A stretch of DNA of 64,000 bases from Bacteroidales bacterium (GCA_034521735.1 JAXHLX010000021.1:24714-88713); one strand, 5' to 3'; shown: positions 1 through 10,749, counted from the first letter of the stretch. Notes: generated from the sequence alone by a model not told the origin. A program made the numbers and translations.

Positions 1-1106
1 TTTTTCTTTGCTGAGATAAAAACCGTTTCAGCATGTTTATTATCAGCCATCCAGCTTCGGCCCAGTTCCTCCAGGGTATAGTTCTCCTTATCCCTTGGAC
101 TGAGGTCATCTTCATCCTTCTGCTTATGGATGAAAGCATCTATCTTATTAAAAACCATTAATGTTTTCCTGTTATCAACCTTCAGTTCATGTAATGTTTC
201 ATTCACTACAGTAATCTGCTCTTCAAAATTGGGATGTGAGATATCCACCACATGGCAGAGGATATCTGCCTCCCTTACCTCATCAAGAGTGGACTTGAAG
301 GATTCCACCAGTCCGTGCGGCAGCTTTCTTATAAAACCAACCGTATCGGAAAGCAGGAAAGGCAGGTTTTTTATCACCACTTTCCTCACCGTTGTATCAA
401 GGGTCGCAAAAAGCTTATTTTCGGCAAAAACATCGGATTTACTGAGCATATTCATGATAGTCGACTTCCCCACATTGGTATATCCTACCAGTGCCACCTG
501 AACCATCTTCGACCTGTTCTTGCGCTGCACAACCATCTGCTTGTCTATTTTTTGCAGCTGCTTTTTAAGCCTGGCTATCTTATCACGTATTATACGCCTG
601 TCAGTCTCTATCTCCGTTTCACCCGGACCACGCATACCTATTCCACCTCTCTGCCTTTCAAGGTGAGTCCACATCCGGGTTAGCCTGGGCAGGAGATATT
701 CATATTGTGCCAGCTCCACCTGCACCTTTGCATGTGCGGTTCTGGCCCGGCGGGCGAAAATATCGAGTATCAGGTTAGTGCGGTCAAGCACCCTGCACTG
801 AAGCGCTTTCTCAATATTCCTGAGCTGGGTGGGGCTAAGCTCTTCGTCAAATATCACCAGGTCAATATCATTATCACTGACATAACTGCTAATCTCAGCA
901 ATCTTACCCGAGCCCACAAAGGTTTTTGGGTTTGGTGCGTCCAGTTTCTGGACAAAGGTTTTCACCGGCACAGCCCCTGCCGTATCAGTCAGGAAAGCCA
1001 GCTCATTAAGATATTCGTTTATCTCATCTTCACTCTGCCCGGGTAATATAATACCTGCAAGCACGGCACGCTCTTTAAGCGTATCCGTTTCAATCATTTT
1101 TGCCAT
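1..1106 (-). CDS. hflX: GTPase HflX (N-terminal ~368 aa; 3' end runs off the left window edge)
   Basis: Absent from the ORF track because it has no in-window stop. My minus-strand translation from ATG 1106 (alt. ATG 1097) reads MAKMIETDTLKERAVLAGII..LDIFARRARTAHAKVQVELAQYEYLLPRL..GPGETEIETDRR..VALVGYTNVGKSTIMN (G1)..DTVGFI (G3)..NKID (G4). The + strand ORFs at 130-1046 are antisense shadows. Confidence 0.85.
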   Translation of the reverse strand, partial: MAKMIETDTLKERAVLAGIILPGQSEDEINEYLNELAFLTDTAGAVPVKTFVQKLDAPNPKTFVGSGKIAEISSYVSDNDIDLVIFDEELSPTQLRNIEKALQCRVLDRTNLILDIFARRARTAHAKVQVELAQYEYLLPRLTRMWTHLERQRGGIGMRGPGETEIETDRRIIRDKIARLKKQLQKIDKQMVVQRKNRSKMVQVALVGYTNVGKSTIMNMLSKSDVFAENKLFATLDTTVRKVVIKNLPFLLSDTVGFIRKLPHGLVESFKSTLDEVREADILCHVVDISHPNFEEQITVVNETLHELKVDNRKTLMVFNKIDAFIHKQKDEDDLSPRDKENYTLEELGRSWMADNKHAETVFISAKK

Positions 1107-1171
1107 ACACGAATAATCAATTAATAAAAAATGTCATGTCATGACGGCGGACCCGAAAGTGGCGAATATCC

Positions 1172-2344
1172 CTAATTAATAAATCGCCGGTTGCGCTCCA
1201 TGGCCTCCCGTATTCCCATCTTCAGGGCTTCGGAACACCTCATGACCATTTCAATATCTGAAGGGAAGGGTACAGGCTGGCTCTGTGTCTTAGCCAGCTG
1301 AGCAGGAAGCAGGGCTTCCGTATCACCTATAGCCCTGGCTGATATATGTTCAAAGTAAGAGTCTGCAGCCAGGGGATCCTTCTTCAGCACCCTGTTGGGG
1401 TTGAGAGTAATAATCTCAACATCACCCTCAATGCGGCATTCCTTTGTCTGCACCGTCTCGATAAGTGCACACTGCACATTCTTATACTTTTTCACCTTAA
1501 TATCATTACCCAGGGTGTCTTTCATCACATTACCGCTGGCATCAAGCACATACTGGAATCCGTCTTGAATCTCCCTTTTGATAAGTGTGTCCTTTTCAAA
1601 TGAATTATCAGGAGAAACCATAACAGCTTTAACCAGCACCGAAACAATATAATCGAATTCGGTATTCTCATCCAGCTGCCTGGTGTGGTATTCCACCCAA
1701 TCACGATCAAGCCTGGGCAGGTCAAGAGCCAGCAGATCTGCTTCAAATTCAGGCGGGAAGTTAACGCTTGAACGATTGTCAACCTGCACAAGCACCCTGC
1801 TTATACCAAGGTACCTCGTCTCTTCAAGCAGGCGGTCTATTCCTTCATAATCACCAACATATTCCTTTGCCCTGGCAAATTCAGCATAAGCCTGCCTGTA
1901 TCCTTCCTTGGTACCGTTTTCCATTAGCTCCATTCCATGAGCGTAATAATAATCGGCAGCTTTGGTTTTTGCAGTCACCATCTCCTCCATATAGTCGACA
2001 TAAGGAAAATCAACAGTCCTGTTACCCGATTTCAGTGGCAACACTGTTCTTACCAGCGACTGCCTGTCATGCATCTTTTTATATATAAGGTATATCTCAT
2101 CCCAGTTCTGCGGCTTCCCTTCCATCTTAAGCAAGCGGATTCTCTCATTATCCTGCTCAAGAGCAATATTATATGCCTGTGCAAGGATATCAATATTCTG
2201 GGTATCATCCCTGTCTTTGCGGAGTTTCTCAACCGACTTGGTTATGGCAGCATCGTAATTGCCTTTTTGCATCTGCTTTTTGGGAGATGAGCAGGAAGCA
2301 ATAAGCACAGTAATAATAAGTGAACAGAGGATAAGCTTTTTCAT
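1172..2344 (-). CDS. hypothetical lipoprotein (390 aa)
   Basis: Long ORF with a lipoprotein signal, MKKLILCSLIITVLIASCSS. No family recognised. Confidence 0.8.
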   Translation of the reverse strand: MKKLILCSLIITVLIASCSSPKKQMQKGNYDAAITKSVEKLRKDRDDTQNIDILAQAYNIALEQDNERIRLLKMEGKPQNWDEIYLIYKKMHDRQSLVRTVLPLKSGNRTVDFPYVDYMEEMVTAKTKAADYYYAHGMELMENGTKEGYRQAYAEFARAKEYVGDYEGIDRLLEETRYLGISRVLVQVDNRSSVNFPPEFEADLLALDLPRLDRDWVEYHTRQLDENTEFDYIVSVLVKAVMVSPDNSFEKDTLIKREIQDGFQYVLDASGNVMKDTLGNDIKVKKYKNVQCALIETVQTKECRIEGDVEIITLNPNRVLKKDPLAADSYFEHISARAIGDTEALLPAQLAKTQSQPVPFPSDIEMVMRCSEALKMGIREAMERNRRFIN

Positions 2345-2398
2345 TATTATAATATAATTGGTTAACAGTGATAAAGATAAAATAATATAAGTATCCGG

Positions 2399-2432
2399 AA
2401 AAAAAGCCGCCTCATTTACCAGGGCGGCTTTT
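2399..2432 (-). terminator. rho-independent terminator downstream of the TonB-like gene
   Basis: Stem GCCGCC (2406-2411) pairs with GGCGGC (2423-2428). On the minus strand it is followed by a 7-nt T run (A run 2399-2405 on +). Confidence 0.6.
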
Positions 2433-2461
2433 ATATTTCTTAGGATTATTGTTTCTCCTGA

Positions 2462-3151
2462 TTATTGTAACTGGAAATTTACCGTAATTGAGAATCGAAC
2501 CCTTACCGGGGCTCCCCTCTGTTTTCCGGGAGACCAGTTCGGTGAGCTCTCAACAACCCTGATAGCTTCATTATCCAACGCCGGGTCAACACCCCTCATA
2601 ATCGTTACGTTACTGACAGAACCATCCGGCTCAACAACGAACATAAGGAAAACCTTACCCTGTATACCGTTTTCAGCAGCTATCTGGGGATAATTAACCC
2701 TTCTCTGCACCCAATCGCGGAATTTATTTACATCGCCACCCCGAAATGTGGGCATATCTTCAACAACGACGAATATCTGTTCCTCTTCTTCTTCTTCCTC
2801 CTCACCGACTTCAAAATCATACATCTGTACCTCATCATCGAAATCAGCCTCATCATCTTCGAATAATATCTCGTTTTCGATGGAAACATCATCCTCAACG
2901 ATCTCAAATATCTCAGTCACCTTGGGTACCTCAGGCGGCGCCTCCGGTTGCTGCTGTTCCATCTCGGTAATAGGGATCATCTCTTCCTCTATTACTTCTT
3001 CATCGCCTGCGTCAAAACGATTATCCTTTTGTGCACCTGATGTCCATTCAAAAGCAATAAGGCATAGTGACAACACTATTACCAGTCCCAGTTGTAAAAA
3101 TATACCTTTACGCTTTTCCAGATTTACCTTGTCGTTTTTCTTTACTTCCAT
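2462..3151 (-). CDS. energy transducer TonB family protein
   Basis: N-terminal TM segment, an acidic/Pro-rich linker (PEAPPEVPKV, poly-E), and a C-terminal TonB domain: FRGGDVNKFRDWVQRRVNYPQIAAENGIQGKVFLMFVVEPDGSVSNV..SPGKQRGAPVRVRFSITVNF. Confidence 0.85.
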   Translation of the reverse strand: MEVKKNDKVNLEKRKGIFLQLGLVIVLSLCLIAFEWTSGAQKDNRFDAGDEEVIEEEMIPITEMEQQQPEAPPEVPKVTEIFEIVEDDVSIENEILFEDDEADFDDEVQMYDFEVGEEEEEEEEQIFVVVEDMPTFRGGDVNKFRDWVQRRVNYPQIAAENGIQGKVFLMFVVEPDGSVSNVTIMRGVDPALDNEAIRVVESSPNWSPGKQRGAPVRVRFSITVNFQLQ

Positions 3152-3341
3152 TTTGTTTCAATTTTGAGTGCTTAAAAATAAGTATTAAATAGAATAATGT
3201 CAAATTTTATTTAAATACTTCCATAATTCCCACATATTTCCACTGCTTGCTCTTTTCACGCTTCAAAAATACCCTGACTGATTAAATTAAAAAATACCGG
3301 GCTCTTTTAAAAACATACTTTGCAGATAATAATTTTTAATA

Positions 3342-3349
3342 TATTTTTG
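3342..3349 (+). promoter_or_regulatory. Bacteroidota -7 promoter box (TATTTTTG) upstream of tRNA-Ala
   Basis: Exact match to the TAnnTTTG consensus, 13 nt upstream of the tRNA 5' end. Confidence 0.5.
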
Positions 3350-3361
3350 CAAAGTCATCAT

Positions 3362-3436
<75 letters not shown>

Positions 3437-3454
3437 GTTAACTCAAAAACAATC

Positions 3455-3476
3455 AACCTCCGCCAGGAGGTTTTTT
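3455..3476 (+). terminator. terminator hairpin after tRNA-Ala
   Basis: AACCTCC-gcca-GGAGGTT followed by TTTTTGTTTTT. Confidence 0.6.
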
Positions 3477-3538
3477 GTTTTTAGCGGGGCTCGATCGGAG
3501 CTTGCTCCGGAGAGAGCCTCGGTGAAAACAAAAAGTGA

Positions 3539-3593
3539 TCGCGCAGCGATTGATTGTTTTTTGAATCTGCTCGCGCAGCGATTGATTGTTTTT
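3539..3593 (+). repeat. two direct copies of TCGCGCAGCGATTGATTGTTTTT (32-nt spacing) in the tRNA-Ala trailer
   Basis: Copies lie at 3539-3562 and 3571-3593. AAAAACAATCAA at 3445-3456 is the exact reverse complement of the TTGATTGTTTTT part. Confidence 0.7.
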
Positions 3594-3905
3594 ATTTTCA
3601 GTACTGAAGGTAAGGGGACGGTGAGCGAAGCGAACACCCCCCTGTCAGTTCTCCACCCCCCGTTTCAAAGAACATCTCTGTTTTTATATATGAAACTTGA
3701 TTAATCTGTTTTATATAAAACATATGTAATCAATCGCAAATATTATGCCGGTTTATTCAAAAATCGTATAACATTATTATAATCCATAAATTAAATTTAA
3801 CTTTTACTATAAAATTTCTTATTGCCGGCAGCTATTGGTCCCGGCTTAAGTTGAGGAGATTTATTATCTTTACCTCTTTCATCTAAAACAATAATCATAT
3901 TAATA

Positions 3906-6608
3906 ATGAAGAAAACAATTAGCCTGGCACTGCTGATAATAATATCAATATCACAGCTTGCCGCACAGAAAAAAAATCTTACGCGTGAAGAATATGACAA
4001 ATGGGAGAACCTCCGATCATATAGCATCTCAGATAACGGAGAATGGATAGTCTATACCATATCCCCCGTTGAAGGCAATGATACACTTTTTATTATCTCA
4101 TCAGATAAAAAGACAGAGTATAGTCTTGCCCTTTGTTCGTCACCTGCCTTCTCTGACGATTCAAGGTGGCTGGTAGCCAGAAAGGGTTACAGCAAGGAGG
4201 AAACGGAAAAAATGAGGGAACAGAAAAAAGAGATACACAATAAAGCTGTGCTGCTGAACCTCGAAAACGGGGAAAAAAGAATATTTGACGATATACGCCG
4301 GTTTAGCCTTAGCAAGGATAGTAAACATCTTATTATGAACGGTTATGCAGCAGAAAAAACAAAAAGATCGGATATATATATCTATAAGCTGGCCGGTGGT
4401 GTAATGAAGAATATTGGCAATGTTGCAGAATATGCGTTAAACAAGAAAGGCGACAGGCTGGCCTATATTATCGATGCCGAAGGGATGAAAGGGAATGGCG
4501 TGGAATTGTTTAACCTTAACAACTATTCCATTAACATTATTGATACTGACACAAGCTCTTATACTGGTCTGGCCTGGGAAAAGGAGGGTAATGCCTTCAG
4601 CTTCCTGAAAGCTTTCCCGGACAGCGGCTATATTGAAAAAAATCATAAGCTGTATGCAGTGCGTGATATTTATAATAATATCGATATTAAGACACTGGAT
4701 CCCCTTCCACAGGATATTATCCCGGAGGATATGAGGATAAGGGAGAATTATACACCCAAATTCTCAAAGAACCTGGGCATACTGTATTTCGGAATTTACG
4801 ACTGGCACGTGAAAGAGGAAAAAGACAAAAAGGAGAAAGACAAAAAGGATGAAAAGATACCCGATGTTGATATATGGCACTGGAAAGATGATCCCATAAA
4901 ACCGGCACAGGAAAAGATCTACGAGAGGTCTGACAAGGATTTTGTATACCTCTGCGCATGGAACCTGGATGATGATAAGGTCAACAGGATAAGCAATGAA
5001 GAGTTCAGGGATTATAATATCACGGCAGACGGCAGGAATGTTGTTATCAGAACAGACCTCCCTTACCGTCCGGCCTTCAGGCAGAACCATTATGACCACT
5101 ATCTGGTGGATGCCGCCAGCGGTGAGAGAGAGCTGATAATCAAAAACTTCACCCGCCTGGGCAGCTCTTCACCCGATGGAAAATACATCCCCTATTTCAA
5201 AGATAAAAACTGGTGGGTCTATGACATCGGAGAAAGCGAAAACAGGAATATTACATCAGCCATTGATACTGAGCTCTGGAACACAAGGGATGACAGTCCC
5301 AAAGATATCAAACCACCCTTCGGAACAGGAGGCTGGTATGAGGATGACAGCCATATGCTGGTATATGATGAATATGATATATGGAAGGTGTCACCCGGTG
5401 AAGCAGATGCTGAAAAGCTTACAAACGGACGCGATGATAAGATAATATTCAGAACACTGCGGCTGGATTATGAGAATAACTATTATGAAAGGGACCGGGA
5501 CATCTATCTTTCTGCCAGAGGCGATAAAACAAAGAAAAGCGGTTTTTACAGGATAAAGCCGGATGTCAAAGCGGAAAAGCTGGTCTATGATGATTATTTT
5601 ATATCCGGACTGAGAAAGGCAAAATCGGCCGATAAACTGGTTTACCGCTCTGAAAGCTATTCCGATTCACCCGACCTTTTCCTTACAGACAGCCGCTTCA
5701 GGAAGAAAGAACAGCTGACCATGACCAATCCTCAGCAATCTGACTATTACTGGGGAAAGAGTGAGCTTGTAAACTATACCAACAAGGATGGCAAGGAATT
5801 GCAGGGTGCCCTCTACTACCCTGCTAATTATGAGGAAGGGAAGGAATATCCCATGATAGTGTATATCTACGAGATAAGATCAACAGGTGTCCACAGGTAT
5901 GTCAGCCCCTCGCCCAAAAGCGCATATAATACAACAAACTATACCACCGATGGATTCTTTGTCTTCCAGCCGGATATAGTATATAAAACCAACCAGCCCG
6001 GGGAGTCGGCAGTGGATTGCGTGGTGCCTGCAGTGGAGAAAGTACTGGAAACAGGAATGGTTGACAGGGATAAACTAGCTCTTATGGGCCATAGCTGGGG
6101 AGCTTACCAGACCAGTTTTATTATTACTCAGACCGACCTCTTTGCAGCAGCAATAGCCGGTGCCCCACTGATAGATATGATAAGTATGTATAACGAAATA
6201 TACTGGAATACAGGCAGTCCCAACCAGCAAATATTCGAAACATCCCAGGGACGGCTCAGGGAACCCTGGTGGAATATTATGGATGAGTATATGGATAACT
6301 CACCAATGTTTAATGCTGCAAATATCACAACACCTTTGCTTGTTACCTTTGGTAACCAGGACGGTGCAGTGGACTGGCACCAGGGGATAGAAATGTTCAC
6401 AACCATGCGCAGAATGGAAAAACCTTATATCATGCTTGTGTATGAAGGCGAGAATCATGGTCTGAGAAAGGAAGAAAACATGCTTGACTATTCTCTGAAG
6501 GTAAAGCAATTCATTGATCATCATGTCCTGGGCAAGCCCGCTGAGAAATGGATAAAAGAAGGAAGGACTTTTATAGAAAAAAAAGAGGAAGAAATATTGA
6601 AAAAATAA
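3906..6608 (+). CDS. S9 family (prolyl oligopeptidase/acylaminoacyl-peptidase-like) serine peptidase, exported
   Basis: 900-aa ORF with a signal peptide. Long beta-propeller-type N-terminal part and a C-terminal alpha/beta-hydrolase triad context: GHSWGAY (Ser), QDGAVDW (Asp), GENHGL (His). Confidence 0.85.
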   Translation: MKKTISLALLIIISISQLAAQKKNLTREEYDKWENLRSYSISDNGEWIVYTISPVEGNDTLFIISSDKKTEYSLALCSSPAFSDDSRWLVARKGYSKEETEKMREQKKEIHNKAVLLNLENGEKRIFDDIRRFSLSKDSKHLIMNGYAAEKTKRSDIYIYKLAGGVMKNIGNVAEYALNKKGDRLAYIIDAEGMKGNGVELFNLNNYSINIIDTDTSSYTGLAWEKEGNAFSFLKAFPDSGYIEKNHKLYAVRDIYNNIDIKTLDPLPQDIIPEDMRIRENYTPKFSKNLGILYFGIYDWHVKEEKDKKEKDKKDEKIPDVDIWHWKDDPIKPAQEKIYERSDKDFVYLCAWNLDDDKVNRISNEEFRDYNITADGRNVVIRTDLPYRPAFRQNHYDHYLVDAASGERELIIKNFTRLGSSSPDGKYIPYFKDKNWWVYDIGESENRNITSAIDTELWNTRDDSPKDIKPPFGTGGWYEDDSHMLVYDEYDIWKVSPGEADAEKLTNGRDDKIIFRTLRLDYENNYYERDRDIYLSARGDKTKKSGFYRIKPDVKAEKLVYDDYFISGLRKAKSADKLVYRSESYSDSPDLFLTDSRFRKKEQLTMTNPQQSDYYWGKSELVNYTNKDGKELQGALYYPANYEEGKEYPMIVYIYEIRSTGVHRYVSPSPKSAYNTTNYTTDGFFVFQPDIVYKTNQPGESAVDCVVPAVEKVLETGMVDRDKLALMGHSWGAYQTSFIITQTDLFAAAIAGAPLIDMISMYNEIYWNTGSPNQQIFETSQGRLREPWWNIMDEYMDNSPMFNAANITTPLLVTFGNQDGAVDWHQGIEMFTTMRRMEKPYIMLVYEGENHGLRKEENMLDYSLKVKQFIDHHVLGKPAEKWIKEGRTFIEKKEEEILKK

Positions 6609-6722
6609 ATAAATAGCCTGAGATCCGAATAGAAATTTATATCATTGAACCTTATTACTATTGACCGGTAATAATTATTAATTAATTTTATCTGTTAATA
6701 GAGTTCCACAATATCATTCTTT

Positions 6723-9700
6723 ATGAGTGAAGAGATCCTGAAGGCACTGATGCAACTTTTCGCCCTGATAATCAAACAGGACGGAGGTGTGCTGTCAAGT
6801 GAAAGGGAGTATGTTGTGACCTTTCTGAAGAAACAGGTGAGTCATGACACTGTCAATGATTATCTTGAGCTTTTCGACAGGGATGTAGGACCTTTGATGG
6901 ATCATGCCCCCGACACCGAAAATAAGCCCCCCTCTGTTAAAGACTCGGTAAAGATATTCAGCATATGCAAGCAGATAAACCGCACCCTTAACCAGTCACA
7001 AAAGGTTGTGGTGCTGATGCGCCTTTATGAGCTGGTTAACGCCGACAAAAGGTTTACCCTGCAGCGCATGAATATTATCAATACGGTTGCGGAGGTGTTC
7101 AGGATACTGCCTGAAGAGTTTAAGAGCATAGAGAGATTTATCAAACAGGACACTGATGAAGATCCCGGCGACAGCTCAATACTCGTTCTCAGGCAAAAGT
7201 CAAAGTGCGCCGACTGCGATCAGGATAAAGGAGATGACAAAATGGTGTCCGACCTTATCCTGGTGCTGTGGATAAAAAGTGTGGACCTGTATTTTATTAA
7301 ATATTATTCCGTCAACCAGCTGTTCCTTAACGGCCTGCCCCTTGACCCAGGTAAGATATACACTGTGGCCAAAGGCAGCTCATTAAGATATCAGCATGGT
7401 CAGCCTATCTATTACAGTGATATATCCTCCCATTTCCTGTCAAAAGAATCAACCAACAGGATCAGCCTGGTGGCTGAAGATATCGTTTATAAATTCCCGG
7501 GAGGAGAGATCGGGATAAATAATATAAACCTTGCAGAGAGGGAAGGCAACCTTATTGGTATTATGGGCAGCAGCGGAACAGGTAAAACCACGCTCCTTAA
7601 CCTCCTCAGCGGTATTCATAAGCCGGATAAGGGATCGGTAAGGATTAACGGTATAGACCTGAAGGATAAGCCCGAATCCATGGATGGTATTATTGGCTAT
7701 GTTCCGCAGGACGATATGCTGCTGGAGGACCTCACTGTATTCGGTAACCTTTATTATGCCGCCAGCCTGTGTTTTAAGAACCTTAAGAACGAGGAACTGA
7801 ACGAGCTGGTAGATAATATGCTGGGCACACTCGGCCTGTATGAAAAAAGGGATCTTAAAGTGGGATCCCCACTGAAGAAAGTGATCAGCGGCGGACAGAG
7901 AAAAAGGCTGAATATTGCCCTTGAGCTTATACGCGAGCCGTCGGTGCTTTTCCTTGACGAACCTACCTCCGGACTGTCATCAAGAGACTCAGAGAATGTG
8001 ATAGACCTACTAAGGGAGCTTACCTTCAAAGGCAAACTGATATTTTCAGTTATACACCAGCCCTCTTCGGAGATATTCAAGATGTTTGACAGGATAATAA
8101 TCCTTGACCATGGCGGCGAGATGGTCTATTACGGCAACCCCGTGGAAGCACTCATACATTTTAAAACCATCGATGCGCAGATAAACAGCAATATTGGCGA
8201 ATGTCCCACATGTGGCAATATAAACCCTGAAAACATTTTCAATATTATTGAAACACAGGTTGTGGATGAATTTGGACGCTATACCGGGGTAAGAAAGCGC
8301 AGTCCCAGCGACTGGTCCAGCGAATTCAATGCCATGCACCCTCCCAAACCACTGAAAGAGGTAAAAACAAAACCATCATCCAACCTTAACAGACCGAACC
8401 TGCTCAGGCAGTTCCTGATCTTTTTTAAAAGGGACATAAGCAGCAAGGTATCAAACCGCCAGTATGTATTGCTCACCCTGCTTGAAGCACCGGTGCTGGG
8501 ATTTATCCTCTCATATATAATAAGATATATTGCTGATCCGGGTTCGCGCATATACATATTCAGGGAAAACGAGAATATCCCGGTATTTATCTTTATGGGG
8601 CTTATTGTAGCTCTCTTCCTGGGCCTCATCACCAGCGCGGAAGAGATATTCAAAGACAGGAAAATAAGAAGCAGGGAACAGTTCCTTAACCTGAGCAAAG
8701 GAAGCTACCTTTTTGCAAAGGTCATAATGCTGCTATCCATATCAGCCCTGCAGGCATTTTTGTTTATCATTGTGGCTAATCCCATACTGGGAATAAAAGG
8801 ACTGACCTTTTACTACTGGTTTGCCCTCTTTACAACAGCAGCCTTTGCCAGCATCCTTGGACTTAACATCTCCAGTGCCTTTAACTCTGCCATAACCATA
8901 TACATTGTTGTTCCCATGCTGATGATCCCAATGATGGTGCTCAGCGGGGCCATGTTCCCCTTTGATAAACTTAACCGTTCAATAGGCAGTGTTGACAAAG
9001 TGCCGTGGGTTGCCGAAATAATGCCAACCAAATGGACATATGAAGCACTTATGGTAACACAGTTCAAAGATAATGAGTATGATAAGCTGGTATATGATAT
9101 TAACAAGACAATACGGCAGGCGGAATATAATACTATCTACCGCTTGCCGGCACTTGAGGATGCCCTCAACACAACAGTTATCAGTTACCGAAGGAAAGAA
9201 CTTGGCCCTGAAAACCCGTCAAAACTGCCTCTCTTAAGTAATGAAATGCATGAACTATCGGCTAATGAGAGTCTGTATGAATTCGATGAGCTGGAAAAAC
9301 TCAATGTTGATGACTTCAATCATTTTGTGGCAGAAAAGCTATCCATATATATTGATTCAGCTGATAATATATTCCGGAAAATCAGTAATTCGGCTGATAT
9401 AAGAAAAGATAAATTTATCAATGCCAACAGGGAAGGGCTGAATACATTATATGACAACTACCATAACGACAGGCTGGAAGAGATAGTAAGGAGGATATAT
9501 GAGAAAAATAAAATACTGGAATACAAAGACAGGCTTATACAGAATTACGATCCCATTTACCGCGATCCCACAGGAAACGAATTCCCTGCATTCCGAAGTC
9601 ACTTTTTTGCTCCTACAAAGGTTTTTTTGGGCTTAAGACTGAATACTTTCACATTTAATATGCTGTTTGTATGGATAATGACAATATTTTTATATCTTTT

Positions 9701-9752
9701 ACTGTATTTTAACATTTTTGAGATGGTCATTCGTTCTTTATCAAAAAAATAA
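6723..9752 (+). CDS. ABC transporter, fused ATP-binding domain and ABC-2-type permease, with long N- and C-terminal extensions
   Basis: Walker A GSSGTGKTTLLNLLSG, signature ISGGQRKRLNIALELI, Walker B VLFLDEPTSGLS. These are followed by about 6 TM segments, a ~230-aa soluble region and a final TM. Confidence 0.85.
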   Translation: MSEEILKALMQLFALIIKQDGGVLSSEREYVVTFLKKQVSHDTVNDYLELFDRDVGPLMDHAPDTENKPPSVKDSVKIFSICKQINRTLNQSQKVVVLMRLYELVNADKRFTLQRMNIINTVAEVFRILPEEFKSIERFIKQDTDEDPGDSSILVLRQKSKCADCDQDKGDDKMVSDLILVLWIKSVDLYFIKYYSVNQLFLNGLPLDPGKIYTVAKGSSLRYQHGQPIYYSDISSHFLSKESTNRISLVAEDIVYKFPGGEIGINNINLAEREGNLIGIMGSSGTGKTTLLNLLSGIHKPDKGSVRINGIDLKDKPESMDGIIGYVPQDDMLLEDLTVFGNLYYAASLCFKNLKNEELNELVDNMLGTLGLYEKRDLKVGSPLKKVISGGQRKRLNIALELIREPSVLFLDEPTSGLSSRDSENVIDLLRELTFKGKLIFSVIHQPSSEIFKMFDRIIILDHGGEMVYYGNPVEALIHFKTIDAQINSNIGECPTCGNINPENIFNIIETQVVDEFGRYTGVRKRSPSDWSSEFNAMHPPKPLKEVKTKPSSNLNRPNLLRQFLIFFKRDISSKVSNRQYVLLTLLEAPVLGFILSYIIRYIADPGSRIYIFRENENIPVFIFMGLIVALFLGLITSAEEIFKDRKIRSREQFLNLSKGSYLFAKVIMLLSISALQAFLFIIVANPILGIKGLTFYYWFALFTTAAFASILGLNISSAFNSAITIYIVVPMLMIPMMVLSGAMFPFDKLNRSIGSVDKVPWVAEIMPTKWTYEALMVTQFKDNEYDKLVYDINKTIRQAEYNTIYRLPALEDALNTTVISYRRKELGPENPSKLPLLSNEMHELSANESLYEFDELEKLNVDDFNHFVAEKLSIYIDSADNIFRKISNSADIRKDKFINANREGLNTLYDNYHNDRLEEIVRRIYEKNKILEYKDRLIQNYDPIYRDPTGNEFPAFRSHFFAPTKVFLGLRLNTFTFNMLFVWIMTIFLYLLLYFNIFEMVIRSLSKK

Positions 9753-9825
9753 TCATTTCTTTCATCATCTTTTATTATAGTAATATTTTTTTATTTTTGT
9801 ATTATAAAGTCAATTTGCCCGAAAA

Positions 9826-10740
9826 ATGAAGAAAATCCTTGCATTCATTCAGATTCTTTTATTAATCTTAACTGTTTCCTCATGCAGGAACACAGGAAAC
9901 AAAGGGTCAGAATTCACCTTCCCTGAATCAGATTCCATACCAATAAAGGAATCCGAGAAGCTCAGCCATGAAGCTATAGATGATATAGTGCAGAATATTG
10001 GTTCGCCCGTTGAAATCGCTTCACTGCTGATCGATCTTGAAGTGCCTTTCATATCAGAGCACCTCGCCTCTATTGACCAGGCCGAAAATCTCAGTACAAA
10101 TTTTCAGAAAGCACTCAGGCTTGGTATCTACGGTGCAGACCTGGGCTACCTGAATATCTATGATAAAACAGGTGACGCCGTTGAGACCCTGACCACAATC
10201 AACAGGCTGGCAGATGGCTTAAGGGTAGGACAGTTTTTTAATTTCGAGACCCTGAAAAAGCTGGCAGTGAACAAAAGCAATATAGATTCACTGCTGTTTA
10301 TGTCCGTTCATTCATACAACCAGATAGATGAATACCTGCGTGAGAATGACCGCGGATATTTATCTGCACTTATGATAACCGGTGTATGGCTTGAAGGTCA
10401 GTACCTGGCATGCCAGGTTGTGAAGGATTATCCGCATATGGACCTTAAGAACAGGATAGCGGAACAGAAAATTATTATAAATGACCTGCTGATGTTATTG
10501 AGACCATACAATGAGTCAAGTGATGAATACAGTGATCTGTATGACAGTATCGAGCAGCTGAAACGCGAATATTCAGATGTAGATATTACATACACACCCG
10601 GTGAGCCTGAGACAGTAGAAAAAGATGGCAGGCTTGTTGTAGTACAACATGAAGAAAGTAATGTAAGGTTCAGTGATAAAGTGCTGGAAAGGATAATCAT
10701 GAAAACCGAAGAGATAAGAAACAAAATAGTATCACTTTAA
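9826..10740 (+). CDS. hypothetical lipoprotein (304 aa)
   Basis: Lipoprotein signal ILLLILTVSSC. Same strand as the ABC gene and closely spaced behind it. Confidence 0.75.
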   Translation: MKKILAFIQILLLILTVSSCRNTGNKGSEFTFPESDSIPIKESEKLSHEAIDDIVQNIGSPVEIASLLIDLEVPFISEHLASIDQAENLSTNFQKALRLGIYGADLGYLNIYDKTGDAVETLTTINRLADGLRVGQFFNFETLKKLAVNKSNIDSLLFMSVHSYNQIDEYLRENDRGYLSALMITGVWLEGQYLACQVVKDYPHMDLKNRIAEQKIIINDLLMLLRPYNESSDEYSDLYDSIEQLKREYSDVDITYTPGEPETVEKDGRLVVVQHEESNVRFSDKVLERIIMKTEEIRNKIVSL

Positions 10741-10749
10741 CTCCTGGAT

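Noticed and set aside
130-1046. Three + strand ORFs (123, 143 and 113 aa) at the left edge
   Set aside because: They lie antisense to a continuous, motif-rich HflX reading frame on the minus strand. Their composition is low-complexity and they contain no motifs.
2748-3167. 139-aa Ser-rich + strand ORF
   Set aside because: It is an antisense shadow of the acidic linker of the TonB-like gene.
3539-3593. CRISPR-like direct repeats
   Set aside because: There are only two 23-nt copies with a 9-nt gap, no further repeats, and no cas genes in the window.
4800-4860. Lys/Glu/Asp repeat (KEEKDKKEKDKKDEK) inside the S9 peptidase, and the poly-Glu run in the TonB-like protein
   Set aside because: These are in-frame low-complexity linkers within otherwise well-supported genes, not independent features.
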